From Alloprevotella sp. (GTDB lineage: Bacteria; Bacteroidota; Bacteroidia; Bacteroidales; Bacteroidaceae), in NCBI GenBank assembly GCA_017476545.1, contig JAFUZP010000032.1, forward strand, positions 27,180 through 91,179: DNA of 64,000 nt, given 5' to 3'. Made by a program: the position numbers and the translations under genes. Shown piece by piece: positions 21,701 through 30,507 of this stretch. Position 1 is the first letter of the stretch. The number at the start of each line of letters is the position of its first letter. The notes beneath the pieces are model-generated. The model made no database searches. It was given only the letters and a program-made list of their open reading frames with translations, and was not told the origin of the DNA.

Positions 21701-22119
21701 GAGGCTGTCCCAACTTTGGATAGTTCCGATGCTGCGATGGTGGGCGCATGAAATAGAGCGCGCAGTTCGTCCGTGGGAGGCTGTAAACCGGAAAGTTCGC
21801 AAACTAACGCGACAACTCTACCCATATCGGCCGGGAATGCGCGGGATAAAGTTTCCGAAGGCTGACTTTGGGTGTTCTGTGAGCGCGACCGAAAATTATT
21901 CAGGTGCTCAAAAGTATCGCGACGAATCGCGTCATTTCTCAGTAAAAGGAGGAGCTGAGGGTAGGGGGCGATGGGCTGGGTGTCGAAATCCTGCACCGCT
22001 TCGTCCAAAATGTCGCGAAAGATGCGCCGCAGCAGGGCATAGCGTGCGTGCAAGTCCGCAGAATTTTGAATCTGCTGCAGTTCGGCGAAGTATTCGTAAG
22101 CGGCTGCGGCGGAAAGCAT
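18712..22119 (-). CDS. Dna2/Nam7-like SF1 helicase with N-terminal PD-(D/E)XK nuclease domain
   Basis: Nuclease motifs GRMDYL...IELKSG...QVLLY; helicase motifs GPPGTGKT, DEASQ, GDHKQLP, YQGSERD and NVAMTRAR. Confidence 0.88.
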   Translation of the reverse strand: MLSAAAAYEYFAELQQIQNSADLHARYALLRRIFRDILDEAVQDFDTQPIAPYPQLLLLLRNDAIRRDTFEHLNNFRSRSQNTQSQPSETLSRAFPADMGRVVALVCELSGLQPPTDELRALFHAPTIAASELSKVGTASFSAAGRAPHPYLRVIVERWDDTYIYIYNGQNHAGEPRAFRYAQKNFYGEWESLRTLLYPGCQLNLIRPHHTDSGETAELFIFEPDYLLDISAIAACFDTRSPLQHLLGRFFPPLKNNAYVLLGNFVGQLFDEVVHAQEGNPPSAYADSSRAFFRQNALELATATFPFDFHTEAAAQRDNLRKLLRWDGARTKPAFDFRHGVLEPSFFCEMLGIQGRMDYLQEDYTELIELKSGQRAFGRYHQEPHYVQVLLYRALLHYSYGLTNEEIHSYLLYPRYPDDGLMLEGAAPELLGEAIRMRNAMVAEDLALATDGGEGVLGHLTPDALNFNPAHSVRFWAKYKRPAFQRITDRVQQAPPLERSYFYRMLRFIAREQVLSRIGASGREAGGFAALWGSTFEEKLQSGSILAPLRLKIYALSTDGGVEAVELYPPADQPLSASTFREGDAAVLYSYPADGEPDVRHGIVMRGRIARLQADSLQFHLTAAQKNRHLFGDARCYAVEHDSVDTYRPLYRGLFTLLEVDADRRALFLNQRSPECDTSVRLLGDYGPFNELVLAAKRARDYYLIVGPPGTGKTSFGMLNVLREALLTPHRTILLAAFTNRAVDEVCSKLVHNGISFIRLGREVNSSRECWPHLMHNQATSCRNVEEFRELMVRTRVIVATTTMLCATPHLFELKSFDLCIIDEASQIIEPQILPLFTVKHHSKPAIRKFVLIGDHKQLPAVVQQSEAESRVADDTLRAIGLTDCRHSLFERLLPVAEAAGLTYHMNHQGRMHPEVADFANIAFYGGKLQPVPLPHQRESLNFSKVSGTLGRLLAQKRLLFFAVENGDVTPGKTNAAEAKLVAQICATVWRLYTDNGRAFDAERTLGVIVPYRNQISQIRNELQRLAESPDHPLLDISIDTVERYQGSERDVIIYGFTAVRRQQLQFLTSQTFCEGGKAIDRKLNVAMTRAREQLFLVGKPSLLRQNSLLGQLIDYAVSVEGYVDAAELSQEQAL

Positions 22120-22128
22120 GGGGGTGCA

Positions 22129-23022
22129 TTAGGAAAGTAGGGTGCGGTAAAAGAGGCCTCCGCCTCGCTTTACCCAGTGACAGTAGGCTGCCAGGAATTT
22201 CTCCCTCCAACCTAAAGGGGAAATCCCTTGCAGGAGACTGGCCGCTTCGTCCCGCATACCGGCTCGTTGAAGTTCCGCAGCAAGTATTATTTTACGGGCA
22301 GCAAGCGCGCGACGGGCAGGCTCGTCAAGCGGCAGAGCCGCTACAGCATCTACAGCAGGTCGGAGAAGCGCATATGTGGCAGGGACGGACGTTCCTGTCA
22401 AGCTATCCGGATGCTGGTAAATGCGATGGTAGGCGCGGCTGAGCCATGCGATGCGCGGTTGTGAGAGGAGTAGCCGGACACCTAATTCCCAGTCATTCCA
22501 CTTCGGGAGTGCCTCATTCCACCCGCCGCCGCGCTCAAAAAAAGCGCGGCGCACGACGATACCCTGCGTTGATAGCATCCCCATGAGGATTTGGTCGGCA
22601 ACGGAGGCGTTGTGATACGTACGCCTAATTTTCTCGCTCCCGTTGGTAAAAATCATGCGGGTGGGGGCTGCGACGATGTCTAACTCGGGAGAGGCATTTA
22701 CAAGGTCGGTAACATCGCGGAGAAAGTCTGGTGACATTTCGTCATCAGAGTCAAAGAAGTACAGCCAATCCCCAGTAGAAAAAGCTGCTCCGGCGTTGCG
22801 TGCGGCTGACGCACCGCCGGCTGGATGGCTCAGGAAGCGGACCGGGAACTGCGCATCGCCGCTCTCGGCAAAGTCGTCACAGACTTGACGGGAGTTGTCC
22901 GTTGAGCCATTATCCACCAACACAAGCTCCGAAGGCCGCAACGTCTGCGCAGCAATGGAGCTCAGCGTACGTGGCAGGTAACTGGCCCGGTCCTTATAGG
23001 GAACTATGACGGATATACGCAT
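22129..23022 (-). CDS. Glycosyltransferase family 2
   Basis: ISVIVP, VDNGSTD, ARNAG and FFDSDD motifs; start MRISV overlaps the upstream stop (TGATG). Confidence 0.9.
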   Translation of the reverse strand: MRISVIVPYKDRASYLPRTLSSIAAQTLRPSELVLVDNGSTDNSRQVCDDFAESGDAQFPVRFLSHPAGGASAARNAGAAFSTGDWLYFFDSDDEMSPDFLRDVTDLVNASPELDIVAAPTRMIFTNGSEKIRRTYHNASVADQILMGMLSTQGIVVRRAFFERGGGWNEALPKWNDWELGVRLLLSQPRIAWLSRAYHRIYQHPDSLTGTSVPATYALLRPAVDAVAALPLDEPARRALAARKIILAAELQRAGMRDEAASLLQGISPLGWREKFLAAYCHWVKRGGGLFYRTLLS

Positions 23023-23831
23023 CAAATATGCCCGGTTTGGATAAAGCGGATGCCTGCGGCCATGTCGCGCAGAAAGTGCATCCGCTGCGCTAAAGTTAGC
23101 CCCGGGTACGCCATGACGTATTTGGTAGCGCGGAGTGAGGCGGAGGCAGCACCGTACAAGTAGCACAGGACGGCGCCCTTAGCGCGGCGTGCTGCAGCGA
23201 AGGTGAGGAAGCGTTTGCCCGTGGTATTGGGGTCGGTTTCAACTATCGTCTCGGGTACGAAGATGATTTTTAGACCTTGCTTGTACGCGGTGTGCAGGAA
23301 AACTTCCTCTTCGCCGCAGGCAAGATACTTTGATCCCAGACCGAAGCGTTCGTCGAAGAAGGGTAGGGAAGACTTCCTGCGGAAGGCAATTTCTATGGAA
23401 CTAATATAGGTGTTTTTCGGACGTTCGGCGTAGCGGTACGGCGTGGCGGGATATTCCTTCAAGAATTGCCCCTCACGATCCACTGCCCGGAAGCAAATGA
23501 AATCAGCAAGCGGGTACTTGTTGAAATTATGCAGCACCCGGTCAAAATATTCCGGTCGGTAAGTGGCATCGTCATCAGCTAGCAGGAGGATGTCACCCGT
23601 GGCATTTCGCAGCGCGTTGTTGCGGTTGGCCGCCAGTCCGCGCCCCTCCAGTTGGAAAACCCTCACGTCGTCGCGCTCGGTAAGGGTTGCGGGAAGTTCT
23701 ACGCGGACGGTACCTGTTTGTTGCCATGACACGAGATATCGCACGTCCTCCCGCTTCGGAAGCAACATCGACGGGACACGCTGTATTCCTTCGTTGATGG
23801 TGCAGATTAAAAGTTCTAACGTCTTAGCCAT
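23022..23831 (-). CDS. Glycosyltransferase family 2
   Basis: GLAANRN, LADDD and FDERFGLG...GEE motifs. Confidence 0.88.
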   Translation of the reverse strand: MAKTLELLICTINEGIQRVPSMLLPKREDVRYLVSWQQTGTVRVELPATLTERDDVRVFQLEGRGLAANRNNALRNATGDILLLADDDATYRPEYFDRVLHNFNKYPLADFICFRAVDREGQFLKEYPATPYRYAERPKNTYISSIEIAFRRKSSLPFFDERFGLGSKYLACGEEEVFLHTAYKQGLKIIFVPETIVETDPNTTGKRFLTFAAARRAKGAVLCYLYGAASASLRATKYVMAYPGLTLAQRMHFLRDMAAGIRFIQTGHI

Positions 23832-23849
23832 TATTTCTTCGTGTTGTAG

Positions 23850-24656
23850 TTATTCTGTTTTGCGCATATAGCGTATTCCTTCGGTAAGGTGACGGAACAT
23901 TGGCCAGAAGTGACAATACCCTGCGCGGGCCGCACTGAAAGCGAACCGCAGGCAGGTAAGCCACGCGCCCCGGCCCTGCCGGTAATAAGCCAGCGCGCCG
24001 AAACTTCGTTGCACGCCCTCGTCCACATAAATCATAGACTTTTTCAGAAGTGTGCTAGTCTCAACGGTTTTTATCGGGAAGTAACGCATCTTTAACCCAA
24101 TGCGCCGGGCATCCTCCATCCATATTTCCTCCTCGCCGCAGGTAAGGAATTTCGTTCCCAGCCCGAAGCGCTCGTCAAAACGGATAGTGCGTTGCACTTT
24201 CTCCCTCCGGCATACCATTTCTATCGCACTGATGACATACGTCTTCGGCATTCCCGTCAGTTGCATCTCTTCCTCAGGATAGTCCTTCAAAGGCTTCCCT
24301 GTGTAGGTGCTGGCGCGGAAGAAAGCGACATCCAAGTCTGGATGACGTTCAAATACCTCAAAAATTTTATCCAGACCGGCGGTGGACAGGCGGGAGTCAT
24401 CATCGGCAAACATGACGAGATCTGCCGTTGATTTTTCCATGGCGAGGTTGCGGTTGGCCGAAAGCCCTTGTCCATTGTATTTGTAGAATGCGACATCATC
24501 GCGGGACTCCACTTCGGCAGGTACCAAGTCAAGGTAGCGTTCATCCGTGTACTGGTAGGAGACGATGTAGCGAACGCCTTCGCGGGGCGGAAGCAGCACA
24601 TCAGCGATGCGGACAATGCCCTTATTGAGTGAACAGATTAGGATTTCAAGCGTCAT
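23850..24656 (-). CDS. Glycosyltransferase family 2 (paralog of the neighbouring gene)
   Basis: GLSANRN, FADDD and FDERFGLG...GEE motifs. Confidence 0.88.
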   Translation of the reverse strand: MTLEILICSLNKGIVRIADVLLPPREGVRYIVSYQYTDERYLDLVPAEVESRDDVAFYKYNGQGLSANRNLAMEKSTADLVMFADDDSRLSTAGLDKIFEVFERHPDLDVAFFRASTYTGKPLKDYPEEEMQLTGMPKTYVISAIEMVCRREKVQRTIRFDERFGLGTKFLTCGEEEIWMEDARRIGLKMRYFPIKTVETSTLLKKSMIYVDEGVQRSFGALAYYRQGRGAWLTCLRFAFSAARAGYCHFWPMFRHLTEGIRYMRKTE

Positions 24657-25792
24657 AAAGCCGTATTTTTATTGTCTGAATGCATGGGAGGTTCATATCG
24701 GTTGAGGGCTTCCGCGACGCGTTCTGCCTCTTCTTCAGTCATGACCTGACTGATGGGTAAACTCAATTCGCACGCTGCCACCCGCTCCGCCACGGGGTAA
24801 CTCTTGTCGGCATAATCAGCAGCATACGCTTGCTGATGGTGCAGGGGGAGGGGATAGTGTACTAGTGTTTCCACACCCGCTGTGCGGAGAAATTCCTGCA
24901 CGGCTGTGCGGTTTTGAACCAGTACGGGAAAGATGTGCCAAACGCTGTTCCGGAAAGCCTCCTCCTTGGGTAAAGTGATATGCTTGCTGCGGATGAGCGT
25001 GCAATACCGGCCGGCAATGGTCCTCCGGTGCCCGTTGTCGACATCTAGCCGTTGTAATTTGACGCGCAGGACAGCCGCTTGTAATTCGTCCATCCGCGAA
25101 TTAAGGCCGAGCATCTCATGGTAATACTTTTCCGCCGCGCCGTAATTGGCAAGCATCCGTATCCTGGCCGCAAGTTCCGCGTCATTTGTGACAACTGCCC
25201 CCGCATCCCCAAGCGCCCCAAGATTCTTCCCGGGATAGAAACTGAAGCCTGCGGCATCCGCCATATTCCCAGTGCGCTTGCCAGACAGGGCGGCACCATG
25301 CGCTTGGGCGGCATCCTCAATGAGTTTGAGGCCGTAGCGCGCGGCAATATCCTTCAGTGGCTCCATAGCACACGGCGTGCCATAGAGGTGGACGGGCATA
25401 ATGGCGCGTGTCCGACTGGTTATGAGCGGCTCAATTAGTACCGTGTCAAGCAGGAAGTTCACCGGGGATATGTCGCAAAAAACAGGTCTCAGTCCTGCGC
25501 GATTCACGGCCTCGGCTGTAGCGATGAAGGTGAAAGCCGGTACGATGACCTCATCGCCGTCATCCCACGCATATATTTGTTTGTAGGCAGTCAGTATCAG
25601 TGTCAAGGCATCCAGCCCGTTGCCGACAGCAACACAGTGCCGCGCACCACAGAAGGCTGCAAATTCTGCCTCAAAAGCTGCGGTTTGTTCGCCTCGCAGG
25701 TAGCGGCCGCTTCGCACAACGGCTTCTACGGCCTCTTGGAGCTCGGGGTCGTAACTCGCGGTGACCTTTTGTATGTCAAGGAAGCGGATCAT
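24653..25792 (-). CDS. DegT/DnrJ/EryC1/StrS aminotransferase (FdtB/QdtB-like)
   Basis: [29 protein letters not shown] (PLP lysine) and [10 protein letters not shown] motifs. Confidence 0.92.
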   Translation of the reverse strand: MIRFLDIQKVTASYDPELQEAVEAVVRSGRYLRGEQTAAFEAEFAAFCGARHCVAVGNGLDALTLILTAYKQIYAWDDGDEVIVPAFTFIATAEAVNRAGLRPVFCDISPVNFLLDTVLIEPLITSRTRAIMPVHLYGTPCAMEPLKDIAARYGLKLIEDAAQAHGAALSGKRTGNMADAAGFSFYPGKNLGALGDAGAVVTNDAELAARIRMLANYGAAEKYYHEMLGLNSRMDELQAAVLRVKLQRLDVDNGHRRTIAGRYCTLIRSKHITLPKEEAFRNSVWHIFPVLVQNRTAVQEFLRTAGVETLVHYPLPLHHQQAYAADYADKSYPVAERVAACELSLPISQVMTEEEAERVAEALNRYEPPMHSDNKNTAL

Positions 25793-26778
25793 ATTTCGTT
25801 CTTTCTGCCGATTGTGAGTTCATAAGTGTCGTAACAAATGGCGCGCCCGCCGAGGCCTTCCTTCTGGAACAAGAGGCCATCGTTGAGCATCCGCCCGCCC
25901 TGTTCCGTACTGATGCCGAAGTCAAAGTAACGGCAACGGCCTGCGTATTCTCCCAGCAGGCAGTGGAACAGCAGGTCGAGTGCGCCAGTCTCCCGTCCTT
26001 GTACGTTTGCGGCAATATATTGCGCGTGAGCCACGTGCGGGGCGTTTATGTAAATAACGCTTCCGGCCAGGAGGCTTCCATCTGTGGCTCGCGCCGTGGC
26101 AAGGCGGATGCGGGTGGGAAACGCGTCCATAAGGTATGCCATTTCCGTGATTGTATGCACAGGGGCGGTATCATGCCGGGTTTGTAGCACTTCGGAAAGG
26201 ATTTTCCAGAATTCATCAAGTGCCTGCGGTTCATGCTCCCGCACTTCAATGCCAGATTTGCTGGCTTTCTGGAGTTTCCGGCCCCTGAGCGTCGAAAAGG
26301 GCAGGGGGGTGTCTAGGAGTATCGCACTGGAAATCGCCCGTGACGTGAGTTTTGCGCCTTGTCGGAAGAGCCAATAGAGCGCATCGTCAGCGGGGTAAGC
26401 GTGGTAAATGTAGGGTAGGGGCTTATAGACCCAGCGTTCCGCACCGCATTCCGTCGCATAAAAAACGGCAGCCTGGGCCAGCATTTCACCGACTTCCAGT
26501 GCTGTCGCTTCAGGATGTAGTACCAAACCTCCATACGTTAGGCCGCCATGTGACTCCACCATGCGTTCCGCGCGTCGCAAATTGGCGGGCAAGATTCCGC
26601 GAAGGTGGCCCTTTGCATTGCGGAACAGGAGGGAAACGTCCTCAAAGCGGCTTTGGTGGTAATCCATATACGCCCGCTCGAAAAGGAAGGAAGAGCAACG
26701 CGACACTGCAACCAGCCCGTCCCATTCGGAGCGTGCTTCCATAGCGTATTTATCCAGCGTCAACTTACTTCTTTCCAT
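25789..26778 (-). CDS. GNAT/FemAB-like acyltransferase
   Basis: [14 protein letters not shown] and FDFGIS...[10 protein letters not shown] motifs; sits between fdtA-like and fdtB-like genes. Confidence 0.8.
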   Translation of the reverse strand: MERSKLTLDKYAMEARSEWDGLVAVSRCSSFLFERAYMDYHQSRFEDVSLLFRNAKGHLRGILPANLRRAERMVESHGGLTYGGLVLHPEATALEVGEMLAQAAVFYATECGAERWVYKPLPYIYHAYPADDALYWLFRQGAKLTSRAISSAILLDTPLPFSTLRGRKLQKASKSGIEVREHEPQALDEFWKILSEVLQTRHDTAPVHTITEMAYLMDAFPTRIRLATARATDGSLLAGSVIYINAPHVAHAQYIAANVQGRETGALDLLFHCLLGEYAGRCRYFDFGISTEQGGRMLNDGLLFQKEGLGGRAICYDTYELTIGRKNEI

Positions 26779-27205
26779 GATTTAACAACTCCTGTTCAAA
26801 TAGCTCGTAATCATTTATATATGCATTAGGCTCAAACGGTCGGTCGGAGAGGCAGACGCAGAGCGCATCCTGCGAAAAATTCAGCAGGCGACACCAACAC
26901 ATAGGTGGAATGAAGAGTCCCTTTTCCGGACTGTCCAGATGGTAACGGACGCAGCCTTCGCTGTCCGTAAGTTCCACGTCCAAACTACCTTGTACGGCAA
27001 AGAGTAGTTCTGAACAGAGCCGATGGGCGTGATAACCCCGTTCTTGTCCAGCCGGAACACCACTAATCCAAAAAACTCGCTCCGTCCGAAACGGCATCAG
27101 CTCGGCACCATTTTCAACGGCGCAGAGGTTTCCGCGCGCATCTGCCGCGCGTGGAAAAGTGATGAGTCGGTGCAAATGCTTTTCAGTTGGGGCTTGTTCG
27201 GTCAT
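26765..27205 (-). CDS. FdtA/QdtA family sugar 3,4-ketoisomerase (cupin)
   Basis: DARGNL, RVFWI, RGYHAH and YINDY motifs; start moved to MTEQ at 27205. Confidence 0.88.
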   Translation of the reverse strand: MTEQAPTEKHLHRLITFPRAADARGNLCAVENGAELMPFRTERVFWISGVPAGQERGYHAHRLCSELLFAVQGSLDVELTDSEGCVRYHLDSPEKGLFIPPMCWCRLLNFSQDALCVCLSDRPFEPNAYINDYELFEQELLNHGKK

Positions 27206-27212
27206 ACATCGG

Positions 27213-27244
27213 CAAAAGTAATTCTTTTTGCTCAAATCCGCAAA
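27213..27244 (-). promoter_or_regulatory. Full Bacteroidetes sigma-A promoter for the glycan operon
   Basis: TTTG (27241-27244), 20-nt gap, then TACTTTTG (27213-27220). Confidence 0.7.
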
Positions 27245-27601
27245 TTTTGTGCGGTTTTTTACTCGCATAGCTCGTGTATGACTTTTCTCCAGGTGGGGGA
27301 GAATTGCCCGGGACACCGCCATAGTTTGTTTTGGATTTCGCAAAATTAAATTAAACATAATACCGATACGATTATTTCGCGGGGATATTTTCTCGCAAGA
27401 CTTACCATAACTGACCGTGCAGCTATGCCGGCGCGGCCAAGACTAAACGAAAGGCCCAGCACGGACAGCGGTAAAAGCGAAGATCCAGAGGGAAACTGAC
27501 CGCTACGGCCAGCCGGAGTTGGAAAAATCCGCCGGACGAATTATAAATCCTACCGGCGATATCCGCATCGGAGCACCGCTAACGCGCTCGATTATGTGCC
27601 A

Positions 27602-27967
27602 TGTTTCACGGTCACGGGTGCCCTGAGATTGCGTATAATTCATGAAAGAAATCCGCACCGGGGCTGCAGCATAGTCTTTGCGCGCGGTAATAATGCGCTA
27701 TTTATACAAAGAAACACTGTTTTCTGCCCTAAAACGGAGAAATCGCAGTGGAATTAGTTGCTTTTATGCCCGTTTCGGAGAAATCTACCCGTAGGGTTAG
27801 GCGGTATTATCCATAGGGATAGTTCATTTTAACCATAGGGTTACGGACAACTAACCCTACGGTTAGCGAGAAATTAACGCAGCGGTGACTCTTTCCAGAG
27901 CCGAATTGACTACTTTTTTCCGCTGGAACAGTCGGATGTCAGTGTCAAAATCATTGAACGTGAAACA
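27602..27967 (+). mobile_element. Non-coding ~366-bp MITE-like element, copy A, containing array 3
   Basis: Ends TGTTTCACG / CGTGAAACA (inverted repeat extends to 12 bp, 27599-27970); homologous to the reverse complement of 42663-43014; mobility is inferred and no transposase was seen. Confidence 0.65.
27786..27888. repeat. 22-bp-period palindromic array 3
   Basis: Cores tacccgtagggtta (27786), tatccatagggata (27808), taaccatagggtta (27830), taaccctacggtta (27852), plus taacgcagcggtga (27875, after a 9-bp linker). Confidence 0.9.
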
Positions 27968-28123
27968 TGGAAAGTTATCCACAATCCGAGGGCGAATTCT
28001 GCATGGGTGGAAAATGAAGGCCAACTCCCCCACCCCAATTTGAGGCTTGTGGGTGGAGTCTCCTATTATACTCACTATTAATGAAGTGTTTGTGGGGGAT
28101 AATGGATTGCCGCTACAGGCTGA

Positions 28124-28669
28124 TTAGAAAGTGGCGCAGACAGACAGACCAGTGCCTTCGGGCGTGGCGATCGGTACCGCGTTCCAGGTCATTCCTTTTT
28201 TCTTCGGCCGCGTAAAAATCAGTGCGCTCCCCGTTCCAATAGCAGCACCTGCCAGCACGTCCCAGAAGTCGTGTTTCTTGGCATATACACGCCCCCATGC
28301 CACTCCGCCTGCCACCGCATACGCCGGAATACTCCATTTCCAGCCGTACCGCCGTCCGATGAAAGTGGCACTTGCGAAGGCCACGGCGGTATGGGTGGAA
28401 GGAAAAGCGTGCCTACCAGTCCCGTCCGGTCGCGACTTCTTGATGCTCAGCTCCAACAAATAGTTGGCTGCAAGGGTCGTACCTAGCGATAAGCCGAATT
28501 GCTCTGAACCTTTGTAGTCTTTTTGTATGAGACTGACCGCGACTCCGGCTACCACAGGCGTGAGGCAGGCGACATCAGTTGCGCGGTTCACTGCGCGCCG
28601 GCTCTGTGCAGAGGCCGTACCAGCCAGTGTTATCAATGCAATCAGGAGTATGGCAGCGGGCTTCATCAC
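28124..28669 (-). CDS. PAP2 family phosphatase
   Basis: KxxRP, FPSTH and RVYAKKHDFWDV motifs; signal peptide. Confidence 0.88.
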   Translation of the reverse strand: MMKPAAILLIALITLAGTASAQSRRAVNRATDVACLTPVVAGVAVSLIQKDYKGSEQFGLSLGTTLAANYLLELSIKKSRPDGTGRHAFPSTHTAVAFASATFIGRRYGWKWSIPAYAVAGGVAWGRVYAKKHDFWDVLAGAAIGTGSALIFTRPKKKGMTWNAVPIATPEGTGLSVCATF

Positions 28670-29937
28670 TTGCGGAGTGCTTTTGCGGTATTACGGATAA
28701 GACGGACAGTTGTCTTGTCCGCGTTGTAAACACAATACCACCCCTGCGGTTCGTGTGGCGGGTCGCTGAGGTAGTCGTCACCAGGTTTCCAGCGTTCCGC
28801 ACTAGGTCGGCCCTCACCGCCCCATCCCCAGAAGTTGCAACCGGCCAATACGTCACCCGTTTGGCGGCTGGCCACGACTTTGTCAAATAGGAAACGGTAG
28901 AAGGCATCACGGCACAGCGTGGGTGTGCCTGGCAGGTACTGGTTTGCGTCGCGCGAATAGCCGAATTCCTCAACAACCACAGGTTTTCCGATCGCCCGCG
29001 CAATCCGGAGGTTCGTTTCCAGGTAGCTGCCGGCTTTCTCGTAAACAGCCGGAAGGGACTCTGTAAGCGCGTCCCTTGAAGCCCACCCCCAGTTCAGCGG
29101 CCAGATATGCACCGTCATGTAATCAATATCTGGGCAGGCGTGTAATTCCTTGCAGAGCGTTTCGTCCCACATGCAGCCCACAGTGCCTTCACTACCTGTA
29201 GAGACGAGGTGGTTGGGGTCGATGCTCTTAATAAGGCGTGCCGTGCCAGCAGCCCAGCGGAGCATGGGAGCAGACGCTTCGGGGGCGAACGGTCGTGGCT
29301 CGTTGCAGAGCTGCCAAGCCATAATAGCAGGCTCGTCACGATACGCGCGTCCGGTGTAGCGATTTGTGCGCGATACGATGCGCCGCACATACTCCTGGTA
29401 GAGATTTTGTGCATGGGGCTCTGTGTAGAATTGCGCCGCATAGTGGCAGTACGCCTCCCAGCCTGCACCGCTCGCATCCGGCGAATCACCTTTCCCACAC
29501 TCACGCAGGTAAAAGCCATAACCACCGCTCCAGTCCCACGAATTGGTCAAGTAGAAAACACCAACCATATCACGGCGTTCCATTTCCCGAAGCAGGTAGT
29601 CCAATCCGTCAAGGAGCGTGTCATTCAACACCCCCGGTTCGGGTTGAAGTAGCGGGGAGAGGGAAGTGACATTCGCACTGCCCCGCTCCGCTCCGACAAG
29701 GATTCGGAGGTTTTTCACGCCCAAACGGCTCAGTTCGTCTAACTCCCGTTTCAGGCGTGGGCGATTCCCACCCTGTCCCTGTGAGGCCAAGATGGGAGCG
29801 TACCAATAGTTCGTCCCGATGAAGTAGTAGGGTTTTCCATCGCGGACGAAGCGTGCGCCATCCGTCTTCACGAAACCAGTAGCTGCAAGGCATAGGCTGG
29901 GAAGTAGCAGCAGGACGTATAAAACGAACTTTCTCAT
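28666..29937 (-). CDS. Glycoside hydrolase family 5 beta-mannanase/mannosidase
   Basis: Signal peptide; GTNYWY, WQLCNEPR (acid/base), HIWP, EEFG (nucleophile) and NFWGWGG motifs. Confidence 0.88.
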   Translation of the reverse strand: MRKFVLYVLLLLPSLCLAATGFVKTDGARFVRDGKPYYFIGTNYWYAPILASQGQGGNRPRLKRELDELSRLGVKNLRILVGAERGSANVTSLSPLLQPEPGVLNDTLLDGLDYLLREMERRDMVGVFYLTNSWDWSGGYGFYLRECGKGDSPDASGAGWEAYCHYAAQFYTEPHAQNLYQEYVRRIVSRTNRYTGRAYRDEPAIMAWQLCNEPRPFAPEASAPMLRWAAGTARLIKSIDPNHLVSTGSEGTVGCMWDETLCKELHACPDIDYMTVHIWPLNWGWASRDALTESLPAVYEKAGSYLETNLRIARAIGKPVVVEEFGYSRDANQYLPGTPTLCRDAFYRFLFDKVVASRQTGDVLAGCNFWGWGGEGRPSAERWKPGDDYLSDPPHEPQGWYCVYNADKTTVRLIRNTAKALRK

Positions 29938-30027
29938 AATTGGTGTTGTAGGGATGGGTTGGTCATTCTTCTTCAGTGTCCCATGTAAAGTGGATGCACC
30001 CGCTTTGGGGCGGTGTTTGGTCTGCGG

Positions 30028-30507
30028 TCAGGCGTAGCGGTGCCCCTTGGTAATCCGCTCAACCTCGCGCCGTGCCTCTTTATCCTTTAGGGAATGGCGC
30101 TTATCATATTCCTTCTTTCCTCGGCAGAGGCCGATGTCAAGTTTTGCAAGCCCGTCCTCGTTGATGTAGAGGCGGAGCGGGACAATCGTGAGGCCGGGAG
30201 TCTTTGTCTCAGCCGCCCAATTGCGGATTTCGCGGCGGTTGAGTAGCAGTTTCCGATCGCGCCGCAGATCATGCCGATTGAAGCTTCCGAAAGCGTATTC
30301 GGCGACATACATATTCTTTACCCACATTTCACCGTCGCGTATGTAGCAATATGTGTCCACCAGTCCCGCCTTTCCAGCCCGGATGCTCTTTACCTCAGTT
30401 CCGGTTAGCACGATACCGGCGGTAAGCTGGTCCACGATGAAGTAGTCATGGAGTGCGCGCTTATTTTTGATGTTCACCCGCTGCGGTTTCTTACTCTTCG
30501 CTGTCAT
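30028..30507 (-). CDS. smpB: SsrA-binding protein
   Basis: [23 protein letters not shown] and GKKEYDKR motifs. Confidence 0.97.
   Translation of the reverse strand: MTAKSKKPQRVNIKNKRALHDYFIVDQLTAGIVLTGTEVKSIRAGKAGLVDTYCYIRDGEMWVKNMYVAEYAFGSFNRHDLRRDRKLLLNRREIRNWAAETKTPGLTIVPLRLYINEDGLAKLDIGLCRGKKEYDKRHSLKDKEARREVERITKGHRYA

Noticed and set aside
27863-28075. 70-aa ORF, and similar short ORFs over arrays (11422-11808, 18573-18779, 58065-58319)
   Set aside because: No recognisable motifs; they run through non-triplet 22-bp repeats or overlap real genes.
27359-28123. oriC call for the largest intergenic gap
   Set aside because: Only one perfect DnaA box, no clear AT-rich unwinding element, and no switch in gene orientation.
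29938-30027. tmRNA next to smpB
   Set aside because: The gap is only 90 bp and has no tRNA-like ends.
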